58,824 nt of DNA, filler included, from Basidioascus undulatus (GCA_000826855.1; 5 parts of 5 records of this genome joined end to end with filler, not necessarily neighbours in it), one strand, 5' to 3'; shown: positions 11,701 through 23,725, numbered from the whole stretch's first letter. Notes: generated from the letters alone by a model not told the origin. Translations and numbers: made by a program.

Positions 11701-11800
11701 NNNNNNNNNNNNNNNNNNNNNNNNNNNNNNNNNNNNNNNNNNNNTTAATTAATTAANNNNNNNNNNNNNNNNNNNNNNNNNNNNNNNNNNNNNNNNNNNN
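11701..11800. other. Artificial contig linker (N44-TTAATTAATTAA-N44, stops in six frames)
   Basis: Exactly 100 bp, identical to the other three linkers. Confidence 0.99.
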
Positions 11801-12605
11801 CTCCCCCTAACCATCCTTATAAACCGCTCGATCATCACTCCCCTGCGCCTCCCTCTAACGACCCCCCTGGCGAACCTCCGGCGGCTCTTGACGCCCGAGG
11901 AGCGCGCGAACCCGCTCAAGCTGTACACGCCCTTGCTCGTGCAGCTTCTGCTGCTGAAGAGCTGCCTCGCCGCCGGGAACCTTTACGTCCTCCGCCCGCT
12001 TTTTAGGATCGCCCCGGGGGGAGAGATGGTGTGGAAGATGCTGACGCTGGCGGTGCATCCTTCTTTCTCCTTTCCCTTTCTTCCTCCTCTTCCATGCCCC
12101 TTCCCATTTTTTACTTTCACTCTCCCGTACTTTTCTACCGAGCGGCGAGCTGAAGCCCCCCCGCGACCACCCCGCAGCTTGTCGTCGTCCTCTGCCCACT
12201 CGACGTCCTCCAAGTGCGCGCAACCGTCCAGCCCCTCGGGCCATCCACGTCCCCCGACGCCTTCCCCTCCTCCGACTCCGACGCCCAGGAGCACTGGTCC
12301 GAGCCTGTCGTTGTGCTCAGGCCCGACCCTTACCCGCCGAGCGTGCAGGAGAGTCTCAGGGCGGTTCATGAGTGCGTTCCATTCCTCCCTCTCGCTCTTC
12401 GGTGTTTGGGTCGCGGGGGGAGGGATGGGCAAGGGAATGGGAGGGGAATGGGAAGGATGGGATGGTTTGGGGAGGAGCTGGGAGAGATAGGATGTTGGAA
12501 GCTGACGGATGTGAGTGGGACAGCGAGGAAGGCAAAGGCGCCCTCGCGCGCGGGTGGTGGTTCTCGCTCTTCGCAGTCGCGGGGCAGGCGTTCTCGCCCT
12601 ACTGA
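11801..12605 (+). CDS. 3' part of a membrane protein with a mitochondrial-carrier-type repeat
   Basis: Spliced product ...MVWKMLTLA-LVVVLCPLDVLQVRATVQ...SLRAVHD-EEGKGALARGWWFSLFAVAGQAFSPY*; Px[DE]xx-xR and [DE]GxxxxxRG-like carrier motifs; two GT-AG introns. Confidence 0.6.
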
Positions 12606-12954
12606 GCGCGCGAGCGAGCGTGGGCGGGCGGTTGTGTGGACGCTGGCTGGATTGAGAAGGGGATGGTGCGGAGGAGGGTGCTGGGGTGGAGGAGAGTGGA
12701 AAGTGGGCAGGTGGGGCCGCAGGGAGGAGGGGAAGGAGAGGATATGGGGAAGACGTGTATTATGCGATTGTTTCCGAACGTGCGTTGTACGTTGTGCGTT
12801 GTATGTTCCGCATGTGAGGAAAGTGGTCCAGTGTCGGACGGGCGACGAGCCGGGGTGCGCCCGCCAGGGAAGAGGGCGTCCGAGGCGGTACGTGGTCATC
12901 GTCGTTTGTCGAGTTCACAAGGTGTCGCCATCTGATGTATGTTTCCGGGCCCAA

Positions 12955-13350
12955 CAGCTCAAAGCTGCCCGCGCCCTGCTGGAAGACGACGGTCTCATGT
13001 TGCTCTCGTACGGTACTTCACTAGACGACGAGAATCATCTGCAGCTCTCACCGCCCATCATTGGCCTGCCCCTCTACGTCAACGGCAAGCGCGCCGTCGA
13101 GATGCACGCGCCGGAGCGCTTCCAGTACCACAAGAAGCAGTCGGCAATTCACATCGTCCCGGCGGCGCTCGTCTTGTCCGTTGAGCATAAGAACCGGTTT
13201 CCACGCTTCTTGCGCGAGTTCGCGATCGATGCGGTGGGCAGGCGCAAGGACGTGCTGAGGTTCTCGCCGGGAGCTAGGACTTCCAATGGTGAGCGCAGCT
13301 CAGAGGGGGCTCAGCCTTCTTACATGCTGCTTAATATCCACGAGCCGTAA
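12955..13350 (+). CDS. Fragment of a hypothetical protein (uncharacterised basidiomycete family), no clear start
   Basis: Strongly GC3-biased frame LKAARALLEDDGLMLLSYGTSLDDE...SVEHKNRFPRFLREFAIDAVG following a CAACAG acceptor. Confidence 0.35.
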   Translation, partial: QLKAARALLEDDGLMLLSYGTSLDDENHLQLSPPIIGLPLYVNGKRAVEMHAPERFQYHKKQSAIHIVPAALVLSVEHKNRFPRFLREFAIDAVGRRKDVLRFSPGARTSNGERSSEGAQPSYMLLNIHEP

Positions 13351-13739
13351 TATTGAGCTTAGAAAACGGTTCTGTGTCCGGCTGGTGACTCCATGCAATG
13401 CAGTCTGTGTCCGCACTACAGGGATGCTCTGTTTGAGCCTGAAGCGACGGTTCTGCATACGCAACTGATCTGCAAATGGCTCGAGAATACTGCCTCATTT
13501 TAATTCCGGCTTAAGCATGAGATGTTACATGGAAGTAGTACTGCAGTTTATGCTGGCAGCATCGAACGTGAACGCAGAAAGGCATGAGGGGTGCACAATG
13601 ATGCTTGCCTTGCACATGAGATCTGGCTCTGGTTAAAATGGGAACGGGTGAGCGTATAGATCTGCTTTCGGCATGGTTCAGAACGTCATATCCTTGTTCG
13701 TGGCAGTAACTGCATGTCTAACTGAATCTCGGCAGCTGT

Positions 13740-14850
13740 TCACGTCGCGCAGCTGTACTCGAAGTGCAAGCAGCGCTGTACCCTCCTCAGCCGTCCGTCG
13801 TCCGTAAGGCTGGTATCCCAAGAATCGCGTGCCACCAACCTACTCAAATGACCACATCTACCTGATCTCTCTCTATCACACCCGAATCCTAGTCCAAGAT
13901 CGACCTGCGAGGCCGAGCACGCTGTTGTTGGATACCGCACGCAGTCGCACTGATAGTGCCCCCTCGTCCGGTCGCATATCAGGACAAACTCGACTCCGCG
14001 GAGCATCCTTCATCACCATTACCGAAAGAGCCACATTTGAATCTTCACTTTTGACGGACAAGATAGTTAACAGAACTTGGAGCCCGGATGCTGCAGGTTG
14101 ATCTTCCAGTCTAGGCCTTTCGCTGTAAATATCTTCGTAGGGGTGGAGACGAGCACTTTTATCGGACTGCTCATTGGTCAAAGAAGAACTGAAGGTGGTC
14201 CACACCCCATAGGAGGAGCCGTGCGGCACTTATGCAGCGCCTTTCAAAGGGTGTAACTGAGGGTACAGCGCGGCAGCCAGCAGAAGCAGACCTCCAGCGC
14301 GCCGCACTCGCACGATCCAGAACTCTTTCTTCCCTTATGGACCCACTCGACACTGAGAAACTTGGTGTGACACTCTCACCAGCGCGTGTGCGACTTTCCA
14401 AGATCACGGCGCCCTCTTCATTGCCTGATGGAAAATGGTTTCGAGCATGTAGTCCAGCGAGATTAAGCCATGCAGATATAGAAGTTCGGGTGCAGTCCAG
14501 TAATCCAGCACGACGGCATCGCCCGCAGACAAGAAGAGGGGATCCTCGAGCAGATCCCCTTAGAAAGCCTCAAGTTGCTCGCGTACGAGGAAGTCGAAGG
14601 CAGCAACTCTGACTATCTCGAAAACTTCCATGGGCAGCGAAGCGAAGGTGACGGTGGTCGCCGACGAAAAGATCAGCGTCCCGCGGGCGTGGCGGAGCGC
14701 GATCAGGTCGAGGGCGAGGCAGATAGGCTGGTCGCGCAGGATGCTTGGTTCATAAGCCTTGCTGCACCACGACTGACGAATGAGAAGCGAACATCGCACC
14801 TTGTACTTCGGGTAGAGCAAGAGTTGCCAGGAGTCCACTGCCCAGGCCAT
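13740..14850 (-). pseudogene. Degenerate F-box-like hypothetical gene
   Basis: AWAVDSWQLLLYPKYK...CLALDLIALRHARGTL...FASLPMEVFEIVR (F-box-like LPxEV) followed by an in-frame TAA at 14562-14560 and further stops and frame changes. Confidence 0.4.
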
Positions 14851-15075
14851 TGACAGTCATGTTAAAACGGCAATCGCGAGCAGTGGGTGAGCAAATTAGA
14901 GGGCACCCGACATCCCAAACCCAAATACGGCCTCGCTGCTGCAGGGCGTGTTGGAAGTGTGGATTGATGGGGCAAATGGGCCGATTGGGTCGGTACGACG
15001 GTCGCCGCAGGAGTCAAGGAGCTAGCAGCGGCGCAACTAAGGCATGACGACGCACGGCGACGGCTGTTCTGTCGA

Positions 15076-15118
15076 TTTCAGGCCCACCGTTTTCAGGCCC
15101 ACGGTAACTCACCCTGTA
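15076..15118 (-). mobile_element. Possible solo Tc1/mariner-type terminal inverted repeat
   Basis: Minus strand reads TA-CAGGGTG-agttacc followed by two copies of gtgggcctgaaa; no partner TIR found. Confidence 0.3.
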
Positions 15119-15765
15119 TTACTTACGAGAGGCGGACATCGATTTTCGACCGAGAACGTGGAAGTACATTTCGTAACAACGCCTGTGACCGAGCGCAGAC
15201 CAGAGGCACCACCTTCAGGCCCGACCAAAAGCTTGAAGCGTTCTGCAGGGATGGAAGTGCATTGATTGAGGGAACTGTGGCAGGCACAGACGCGAGAGCA
15301 TGCGGAGGGCATTGTAGCAAGGTAAAGGGAGGAAGGAAGAAGGCGAGCTCCCCCACCATGCCGAGTCGAGGAAAACCTGAAATATAAACATATCAAAATA
15401 GGGGGTTTTATGGAAGTGTACGTGTTTATAGAATAACGTGGCATAAGTGGAAAGAGCGAAGGGGGCCAGGTAAAAGCAGGCGCAAGAACTGTGACTAAGC
15501 TCTGCGTTCCTGCTGCGCTCAGCGACACCTGTTAAAGGTGCTCCTACACGCACAGCTCCCCACGCCCGAAAATTTCGCTGTATTGGTAATCAATGTGTAC
15601 CTTATTGTTAGAGCATGCCATTCTTCCCACAAGAGGAACCGGAGATATTCAGCGCAAAGGCTGGAGCATCCTGAGGCACGAGCTCCAACCTTTTGACCGT
15701 ATTGTCTTGTAATTTGAGGTTATCTTGGCTGGGAAGGATGAAAGGAGGCACAGCGGAATCTCAAT

Positions 15766-15802
15766 CTGTTACTGGACGAATGCTGTTACTGGACGAATGC
15801 TG
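15766..15802 (+). repeat. Perfect 17-bp tandem repeat (about 2.2 copies)
   Basis: ctgttactggacgaatg twice, plus ctg. Confidence 0.9.
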
Positions 15803-16240
15803 AGACTGCTTGCTGTGCAACGAGAGTGTGTGTGCAGGTCATGCAGGCTATTTGCTGCCCTTGCACGCTGCACAGCCGTGGTATCGAGCTTACAATCCAG
15901 ATAACTGCGGTGCAGATAAGTCTTGTACGTATAGCTATTCTAGAGTGTTATTGGGACCCACAGCATGCACCTTGACAAGCCGACAGTTTGACGTTCTAAG
16001 GATAACTGCTCTGCTAGTGAAAAAGGCGGACAGGCCTTGAAAATCAAGACAACTTTCTAGACAGATATCAAACCGTTTGTACTTTTGCCCCACTCACCAT
16101 CACGGAACGTTCGAGAGCAGTCGATGAAGCGCGTTGGCTGCGGTATGTACGCAGCGTGCTACCGAACAAGAAAGTACGTTCCATTATGAACCCATTGCAG
16201 GACGGTCCCAGCCTAATTCTCTCGTATTTACTTGCTCGTC

Positions 16241-18067
16241 TTAAGCCACCATCCCCTTCGGCTCCAAGATCTCCTCGTACCACTTTCCGAAGTCGCACGC
16301 GCCCTTCCCACCCCACCGGCGCTGCTTCCCCGCAATGCAGCGTGCGACCTGCTCCCCCGCCCGCTGTCCCTCGGTGTACGCGCCATGCAAGAGACCAAAA
16401 TAGCGGAATGACGTCGCCTCCCGAAGAGCAGGCGACCCGCCACCGGCGCGCGCAGGTTTTCCTGCTCCGGCTCCGCGTACCCCGACGGCCAGTTGCTGTA
16501 CGTGCCCCGGAAGAGAGGGTCCTCGGTCCACCTGGTTGGTGAAGAAGGTACAAGAATCAGAAGTCGAGTTCAACGTGCGGCGTTTTAAGAACTAAAAGAA
16601 ACGCACCGTTGGAACAAGATGTTGCGCACTGTGCTGACGTTTCCAGCGCCGTACATGTCGCTCAAAACCCCGACGATCTCATCCCGTACGACCTTCTAGC
16701 TGTAAAGCGACCTGTAGTACCCGCGGCGGTATTGGTCGGCGTACTTTTGGAACTTCAAATTTGGATGGGGTCAGACCTAAAAATACGCTTCGTTTGAAGA
16801 GAAATTTGGAAAGCGCACCTGCGTGTCGGGCCAAAATTTCTCCTCGAACTCGAGGAAAATCTTAATGTACGAGGACATGGAGAAGCCGTCAATGGCCTCC
16901 TTCTTCCAGCGCGGGAGCTCAGGCTCGAACAGGACGTCTATTTTCAACGAAAGTCTTAATATCAATGTATCTAATGGGTAAGACGAAGCTGCAACTATGG
17001 AATGCGACATACCATCATGCTGCAATACGCCGACACTGAACGTGCAGATAGCGTAGTACGCCTCGAGGACTTCCCCGTTCGCGTCACGGCGACCGCGTTC
17101 TCCGAGTACGCGACCTTCGTGACGGTGCTGTTGAGGCGGACGCGCCCGCTGTCGCCTCGAGCGCAGCCATCTCGCCCGTGAATCGTCTTGAATCCGCGCG
17201 GGTCGAAGACGAGGTTGTTTGTCTCCGAGAATTCTCGTTGGTCTGGGGGAAGAGCCTTTTCAGCATATTATAGGCAGACCAGTCGGGATTTGAGCAGCGT
17301 ACTTCATTGTGGTTGAAGGCGCTGTATATCCACGAGGTCGCCTCGGGCGACTGCCCATATTCCACTGCACCATTCCCTTCGTTAGTTTCGCCCTTCACCG
17401 CGCGCCTTCCCTCCACACTCACAATCGAAGCTGGAAAACTCCACGACGCGGTCCACATGGTCTAGGGCGCCCACCCTGCCTGCCTGAGCCCCGCACGCGC
17501 GCTCAAGTCCACGCGCCCCGTTTCCAGCCGCCCGCCAGCGAGGGCCGTGAACGTGTCGTACGCGTTCCAGAACGCCTCCTGGCGCTCGAACACGGCCGTA
17601 TAGTCCAGCGGGCCAGAGTTGTCATACACGGCAAGGTCGTCGAAGTCGTTCAGGGTGTTGGTGATGTTGTAGCTTTGAGTTAGAGTCCAGATCGGGTTCA
17701 CTGAACTGTCATTGCCTTGACCATGTACCCTGTGTATTTCTTTGAACAGTCAGAAGAACCTTCTCTCTTGGGAATTGTGAGGGACGATGCACCAGTTCGC
17801 CCCCAACTCGACAGTCCAGTTCCCGATCTGCGCGTCCTGCAGCCTACCGCCTAGCTCATCCCTCGCCTCGAGGAGGACCCAGTCGTGTATGCCCGCCTCA
17901 GAGAGAGCAATCGCGACGCGCGAGCCCGCTAACCCACCCCCAAGGATGACGACGATCGGGCGGCCGCTATCCCTATGTTCGCCCACAGGCAGGGCGACTG
18001 CGCGAGACGACGATGATGTGAAAGCGCTGAGCGCGAGGAGAAGTGTGAGGGAGAGGAGAGGCGTCAT
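16241..18067 (-). pseudogene. Secreted flavin-dependent polyamine oxidase, multiply frameshifted
   Basis: Signal peptide; VVILGGGLAG FAD motif; LEARDELGGR; VELGANWVHG; VRLNSTVTKVAYS; YAICTFSVGVLQH; FEPELPRWK; YIKIFLEFEEKFW; WTEDPLFRGTYSNW; EATSFRYFGLLHGAYTEG; frameshift near 17465 (CCC TAG), several more in 17085-17240 and one near 16422. Confidence 0.85.
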
Positions 18068-18727
18068 GCCGGTGCGATGTGAGCCGGTCGGTATCCAAGT
18101 CTAGTGCATGTGGTATTTATCAACTCTCAGGTGTCGTGTAAGGGATGTAAACAGTGCAAGTTTTCCCTCCTTTCAGCCTGATCCCAAAGGACCACGAGGG
18201 GCATAAAGCGGATTGGTTGGACTGCCCGCGAAAGCAACTGCGTGACTGCACGCGCACACGCGTAGATTGCGTAGCCGAGGCTGCAAGCGAGGCAGCGAAC
18301 TCGGACGCTGATAAGATAACATGCAACACGCAGCCACAGCATCAGGGAGACGCTGCTCGGCTTGCAGTACCTGCAGTTCATGCAAATACATGCAAATGCC
18401 ATGCCAAGCCTTCAGCTACGGCAGAACACCCATGCGCCATCTACTTATCAGCTATTCAAGGACACCGGCAAGACTGTCAATTACGGCCTGGTCAACGGAC
18501 TTTCATGCTACTAGACTACTAATGTACTTCCAAGCGCTGCCCATCGCATCCAGGCGCAACGTCAACAAACCGCCGTGAAATTGCAAACAGGCAGCCTTGC
18601 AAGCAGGCTAGAGGGCACAAACGAGGACGAATGATCATTAAACTTCAATTCATTTTGATGATCGCTCAAGTCAAGGTATCTGGTGACGGTATAACTACAG
18701 AAGACGCATAAGATCCCAAAAGAAGCA

Positions 18728-21323
18728 TTACAGGCCGGGAGCGTCGCCACCGATGTTGACCTGGACGGCCTTGACATTGGTGTAGTTTGCGAGCGCGTAC
18801 TCGCCAAGCTCGCGGCCCTGAAATGACGATGTAATGGTTAGCATTGGTGCGGCGTGCGAGGAAATGTGCACGTACGATACCAGACTGCTTGAAGCCGCCG
18901 AAGGGAACGTTGGGGTGGAGCTGGTTGTACTGGTTGACCCAGCTGGATCGGGATGTACAAGTCAGACAATAGCGAATAGAAGCAGCCGCGCAATGGGAAA
19001 CGTACACAGTGCCAGCCTGGAGGTTGTTGGCGACGTTGATGGCGCGGGAGATGTTCTCGGAGAATACGGCAGCCGCAAGACCGTCTGTTTATATATGAGA
19101 GGAACGATGAGCGTCACCGAAAGTGTAGCAGGTAGGTGGGAGCGGCACATACACATGCTGTCGTTCGCCTGGGCGATGATGTCCGCCTCATCTTTGAACT
19201 TGGAGATAACGACGACGGGGCCGAAGATCTGTTGCAAAGCCAACCGAAAGTTAGCATCGCTGTCGCTGGAACAGACGCAAGCCTCGCAACGGCTCTCGAG
19301 CAAGCTCCGCAGCGCGGAAAAGCTCGAAAACACGCCCCGCAGCCTCCGGAGCAAGCCCCAAATCGACTCACCTCCTCCTTGACGATCTTCATGTCAGGCT
19401 TGACATCGGTGAAGACGGTCGGCTTATGGTGCAATATCATGTTAGAATTGAGATCGCTGAATATTCTAAGCTTGATAAAGTCACCTTGATGAAGTAACCT
19501 TGCTCGCCATGACGCTCGCCGCCAAGGTGCACGGTCGCACCCTGCTCCTTGCCGGACTCGATGTAGGACATGATGCGGTCGTACCTGGAAGTGTCCGCCG
19601 GGTCAGTTTCAGGCTTGGAACACGCACAAGGCCGAAAGGAGGGGAAAAAAAAGTCAAAAGGAAGACGCACTGAGTCTGCGAGACCTGAGGGCCCTGGAAA
19701 GTCTCCGCGCCGAAGGGGTCGCCGACCTGTAGCGTCTTGATGTGCTCCGTGAAGCGCGCGAGGAACTTGTCGTAGATGCCCTCCTGGACGTAGACGCGCG
19801 AGCCGGCGCAGCAGCACTGGCCGTGGTTCAGGTAGATGCCGAACGCGGACCACCGAACGGCCTTCTCAATGTCGGCGTCGTCGAAGCTATCCCGGCAGGA
19901 TGTCAGGTGATGTTTAAATGTGCGGAGAAGAAAAATTGGAGCTTACATGATGTTCGGGGACTTGCCGCCGAGCTCGAGAGTGACCTTCTTGAGGTTCGAG
20001 GCGGCGGCAGCCTTCATGATCGTGCGGCCGACAAGGGTGGAGCCAGTGAAGGCGACCTGAAATTGCTGTTTGTCAGCGAGGCAGCACTCAGAAATACCGC
20101 AAAATTCAACGGACCTTCTCAATCTGCATGTGCGAGGAGATGGCAGCGCCGACGGTCTGGCCGTAGCCGGTGATGACGTTGACGACACCTGGCGGGAAGC
20201 TGCAGGATCCAACAGGCTGTGTAAGTGGCGAGCTGAAGAGGGAAAATGACTGTTAAAGAGAGTGCACGCACCCAGCCTCCTTGATGAGCGAGCAGACTTT
20301 GAGCGCCGAGAGCGGGGTGAGCTCGGACTGCTTCATGACGATGGTGTTGCCGGTCGCGAGCGCGGGGCCGAGCTTCCACGCGAACATGAGGATGGGGAAG
20401 TTCCTTCAATTCGCAACAATACAGCATGTCAGGTTTGAGAGGAAGCGTGTAGGAGGGGGAGGCGAACGCACCAGGGGATAATCTGGCCGACGACACCGAT
20501 GGGCTCGTGCCGGGTGTAGACGAAGCGGCCGTTGTCAACTTCGATCGTCTTGCCGTGCTGCTTGTCCGCCCAGCCTGCGACAGCATGCATGTCAGAGGAG
20601 ACAGGGGGAGGAAAAGTAAAGATGAGATGAGAGAAGACGAGACTCACCGCCGTAGTACCGAAGAGTCTGCGCCGCCTCGGGGACGTCAAAGCCGCGGGCA
20701 ATGGAGAACGCCTTGCCGTTGTCGAGGGATTCGATCGCGGCAATCTCGTCGGCGTCCTATGCACCCCCAACCCCACAATCAGCCAACCCCCAAGAGGAAC
20801 TAGCGAGGAGGGCCAGAAAAAAGGAAGGAAGGAGGGAGGGAAGACGCACGCGCTCCATGAGCTCCGCAAGCTTGATCATGAGCTTGCCGCGCTCACGGCC
20901 GGGGAGCTTGAGGCCCCAGGCGCTGTCGTACGCCTTCTGCGCGGCGGCGACGGCGAGGTCGACGTCCTTCGCGCCACCCTCCGTCACGCTCGTGATAACC
21001 TTCCCGGTTGCGGGGTTGGTGACGCTGCAGCACGCCAACGATAAGGGAACCCGCATCAGCGAGACTGCCCCACCGCTTCCGGACGATCGCAAACAGATGA
21101 TGGGAGATGGACACACTCGATGGTCTTGCCCGGCTCAGTACCATCAACGAACTCGTTGTTGATGAAGAGGCCGGTGGGGATGTTGACCTGTTCGAACAGA
21201 GAAGACGCTGCTCAGCGTGGTGCCCGGCCGCGGAGCCCTATTCGCAGAGAGCAAAGCACGGACCTTGCCCTTGAACGACCCGTTATGCTGCGAGAAGTCG
21301 TACGAGAAAGTGGTGGGCGCCAT
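18728..21323 (-). CDS. NAD(P)-dependent aldehyde dehydrogenase (ALDH1/2, AldA-like), cytosolic type
   Basis: [69 protein letters not shown] catalytic Cys, [26 protein letters not shown]; many GT-AG introns; TAA at 18730-18728. Confidence 0.96.
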
Positions 21324-21442
21324 TATGGATGCTTATTCAATGCAGGTGAGAGGGGGAGAGATGTGTGTGTGCGAGGGAGCCGTAGCTAGCGATGATGAAA
21401 GTGAGGAAGGCAAGAAGCCCCCATTCGGCCCGCCCCTGCGCA

Positions 21443-21449
21443 TTTTATA
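21443..21449 (-). promoter_or_regulatory. TATA box of the ALDH gene
   Basis: TATAAAA in GC-rich context about 120 bp upstream of the ATG, followed by a pyrimidine-rich leader. Confidence 0.6.
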
Positions 21450-22612
21450 TCGTCCCGATGCGGGGGTCGCCCCACACTGCTGTGGAAGGTCACGCTGCGC
21501 TGGCGGTGCGATACATACGACGCCTTATCGTCAGCTGAGCGCGAAGGGCATTGCAGCCGCCGGTGGAGGGTGCGGCTGCAGCCAGGAGCGCGCCGGCGCG
21601 GACGCTCCACCGGCGGCTGCGAGCTTTCTGCGGGGCGGACTGCTGGGGAGGACGCATGACTACCGACGTGTATGTACCAACCTTACAAACCTAATTAACG
21701 ACAATTGGTTCACGTTTATGCAGGCTTGGGTCCTCCCCTTTGCATGGTGACAGGACCCCGGCCTGCCTTGACACGCTGACAGCCTCGTCGCTGAGATTTA
21801 TTTCACTCTTCCGTCCTGCGTGGCTCTGGCAGCTTTGGCGAACAGTGTCAACGCTAAACTGTACATAACTGTACATACTATAATTAATTTGATTTTGTCA
21901 AAGGAACTGCATCAAAACACCTCCTGCGCCAGCAAGCCGATCGCGCAATTTCCGCCCGGCAGCCTGCTGCCGATATGCGTGACTGCGTGACTACTCGACC
22001 ACCGTCCACCGTCCACAGTCCACCCAAGCTCGTCTACCGCTCTCGCTTGGATCCCCAACAAAGGCACAAACACCTCCGCTAGTGTATACACTTTTCTGAC
22101 TTACCGCAGATCCATCGAAAGCAACAGTTCCCACCAAGTTCCTACGCAGTGCGGTCTTTCAGCTTCGCCTCCGAGGCCGGCTGCATTTTCTGTGTTGCTT
22201 GCGTTCTCGTGACATTCATTTGACACTGTCGTCCCAAAGTAAAAATATCGCCAGGCTCAGGAGGACCACAGGTCGCACGTCTCTTCCCGACTTTACACGC
22301 TCGACTGTGAACGCTGATTCTCTGACTGAACCATACATCTATTTACCAGTACACAGACATGCCCAGCGGTGAAGGGGCAGTATGACCGCGCGACCGTTCC
22401 CGTGGTCCTGTCACGCCCCGGTTCTCCCCATCCTTCCATCTCATCAGCGGCTCGTGTTGTGTCGGACAGGGATGTGTACACCACGCAATATCCGAGACAC
22501 GCCCACGTGATTGCGCCCCTGCCCTCTTCCAGCCGTTCCTCGATCGCCTTCCCTTCCCCTTCAACCAGCCGCTATCATAGCGCGCTTCGAAGCTGCCTCG
22601 ACTTTTCACGCG

Positions 22613-23499
22613 ATGTCGGCGCTGTCAGCCGTCCTCCTCCTCCTCTTCGGACTGCTGCTGCTGCTGCGCTGTCGGAGGCGCAGGAGGAGTCGGGGAGACG
22701 CGGAGGCGTATGCTGTCGCGCTGGACCACCTTGCGCTCAATGCGCGTCGGCCCGAGACGGAATGGTTGAATATGGGGTGGTGGGAGGTGAGTAGAAATGT
22801 ACCGCTGGGCTCTGTTGGGCATGTCGGGGAGGCACGGAGGAGGAGCGCTCGCTGGGGGTTGGGAGCAGGTGGGGGTTGAATCCGGGTTGCTGGATAGGTG
22901 CAAGCACGGGGGGGCTGAGAAAGAAGATGTGGACGTGGATGGAAGATTGAAGCCGCATCTTGCGCTGGGACTGGCTGGCGCTGCGACGGCTGACGCTGCT
23001 TTGCCGACACGCAGGACACGACCGACTTCCCCGCAGCCTGCGAAGGTGTGTCCAACGTCCAACTTCCCTATCCACGCATTCTGGACCTCACAGCTTCTTC
23101 TCCCTCCTACCAGCGCCCGCCCGCCTCCTCCACACCCGCTCCCATATTCCACCCCACACAGCAATCCTTGACGTCGGCCACGGCCCTGGCGACTCGCTCC
23201 TTCTCCTCTCTCGCACACATACCCCCTCCACGCTCCACGGCGTGACGTCCCTCCCCTCACACGCCGCGCGGGCGCAGGCGCGCGCGGGGGAGAAGGCGCA
23301 GACGTGGTGTGCGGACGCTGTGGAGTGGGTGAACGAGGGGCGGGAGGGGAGGGAGAGGTACGGGGCGGTTATGGTCCTTGATTGCGCGTACCATTTCCGG
23401 GGGAGGGAGCGGTTCTTCGAAGGCGTGTGGGAAAGGCTGGAGCCGGGCGGGGTGCTGGGGGTGGTGGACCTCTTCGCTGCGTATCCGTACCCCTCCCCC
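22613..23499 (+). CDS. Class I SAM-dependent methyltransferase with N-terminal membrane anchor (3' end lost at contig break)
   Basis: Hydrophobic N-terminus; TEWLNMGWWE-DTTDFPAACEA; ILDVGHGPGDSL (motif I); LHGVTSLPSH; LDCAYHF; LEPGGVLGVVD. Confidence 0.85.
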
Positions 23500-23599
23500 N
23501 NNNNNNNNNNNNNNNNNNNNNNNNNNNNNNNNNNNNNNNNNNNTTAATTAATTAANNNNNNNNNNNNNNNNNNNNNNNNNNNNNNNNNNNNNNNNNNNN
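23500..23599. other. Artificial contig linker
   Basis: N44-TTAATTAATTAA-N44. Confidence 0.99.
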
Positions 23600-23725
23600 T
23601 CGCCTCTCTCCCTTCCACCTCCCACCTCTCCCTCCCCCTTCCCCAACTCCCCGCCTTCCCTCCCTTCTCCCCGGGAAAAGGAAAGTTACTGAAGGGAAGA
23701 TGTGTGTGGGGCGGGGTATGGCCAG

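Noticed and set aside
11745..11756. TTAATTAATTAA repeated four times at about 11.8-kb spacing as a biological periodic repeat
   Set aside because: Embedded in exactly 44+44 Ns each time; a synthetic six-frame-stop linker
13418..13455. TACAGGGATG... as left TIR partner of the mariner-like end at 15118
   Set aside because: Similarity collapses after 7 bp; not a credible inverted repeat
21460..21650. CreA/Mig1 SYGGRG sites in the ALDH promoter
   Set aside because: Short GC-rich hexamers are expected by chance in this composition
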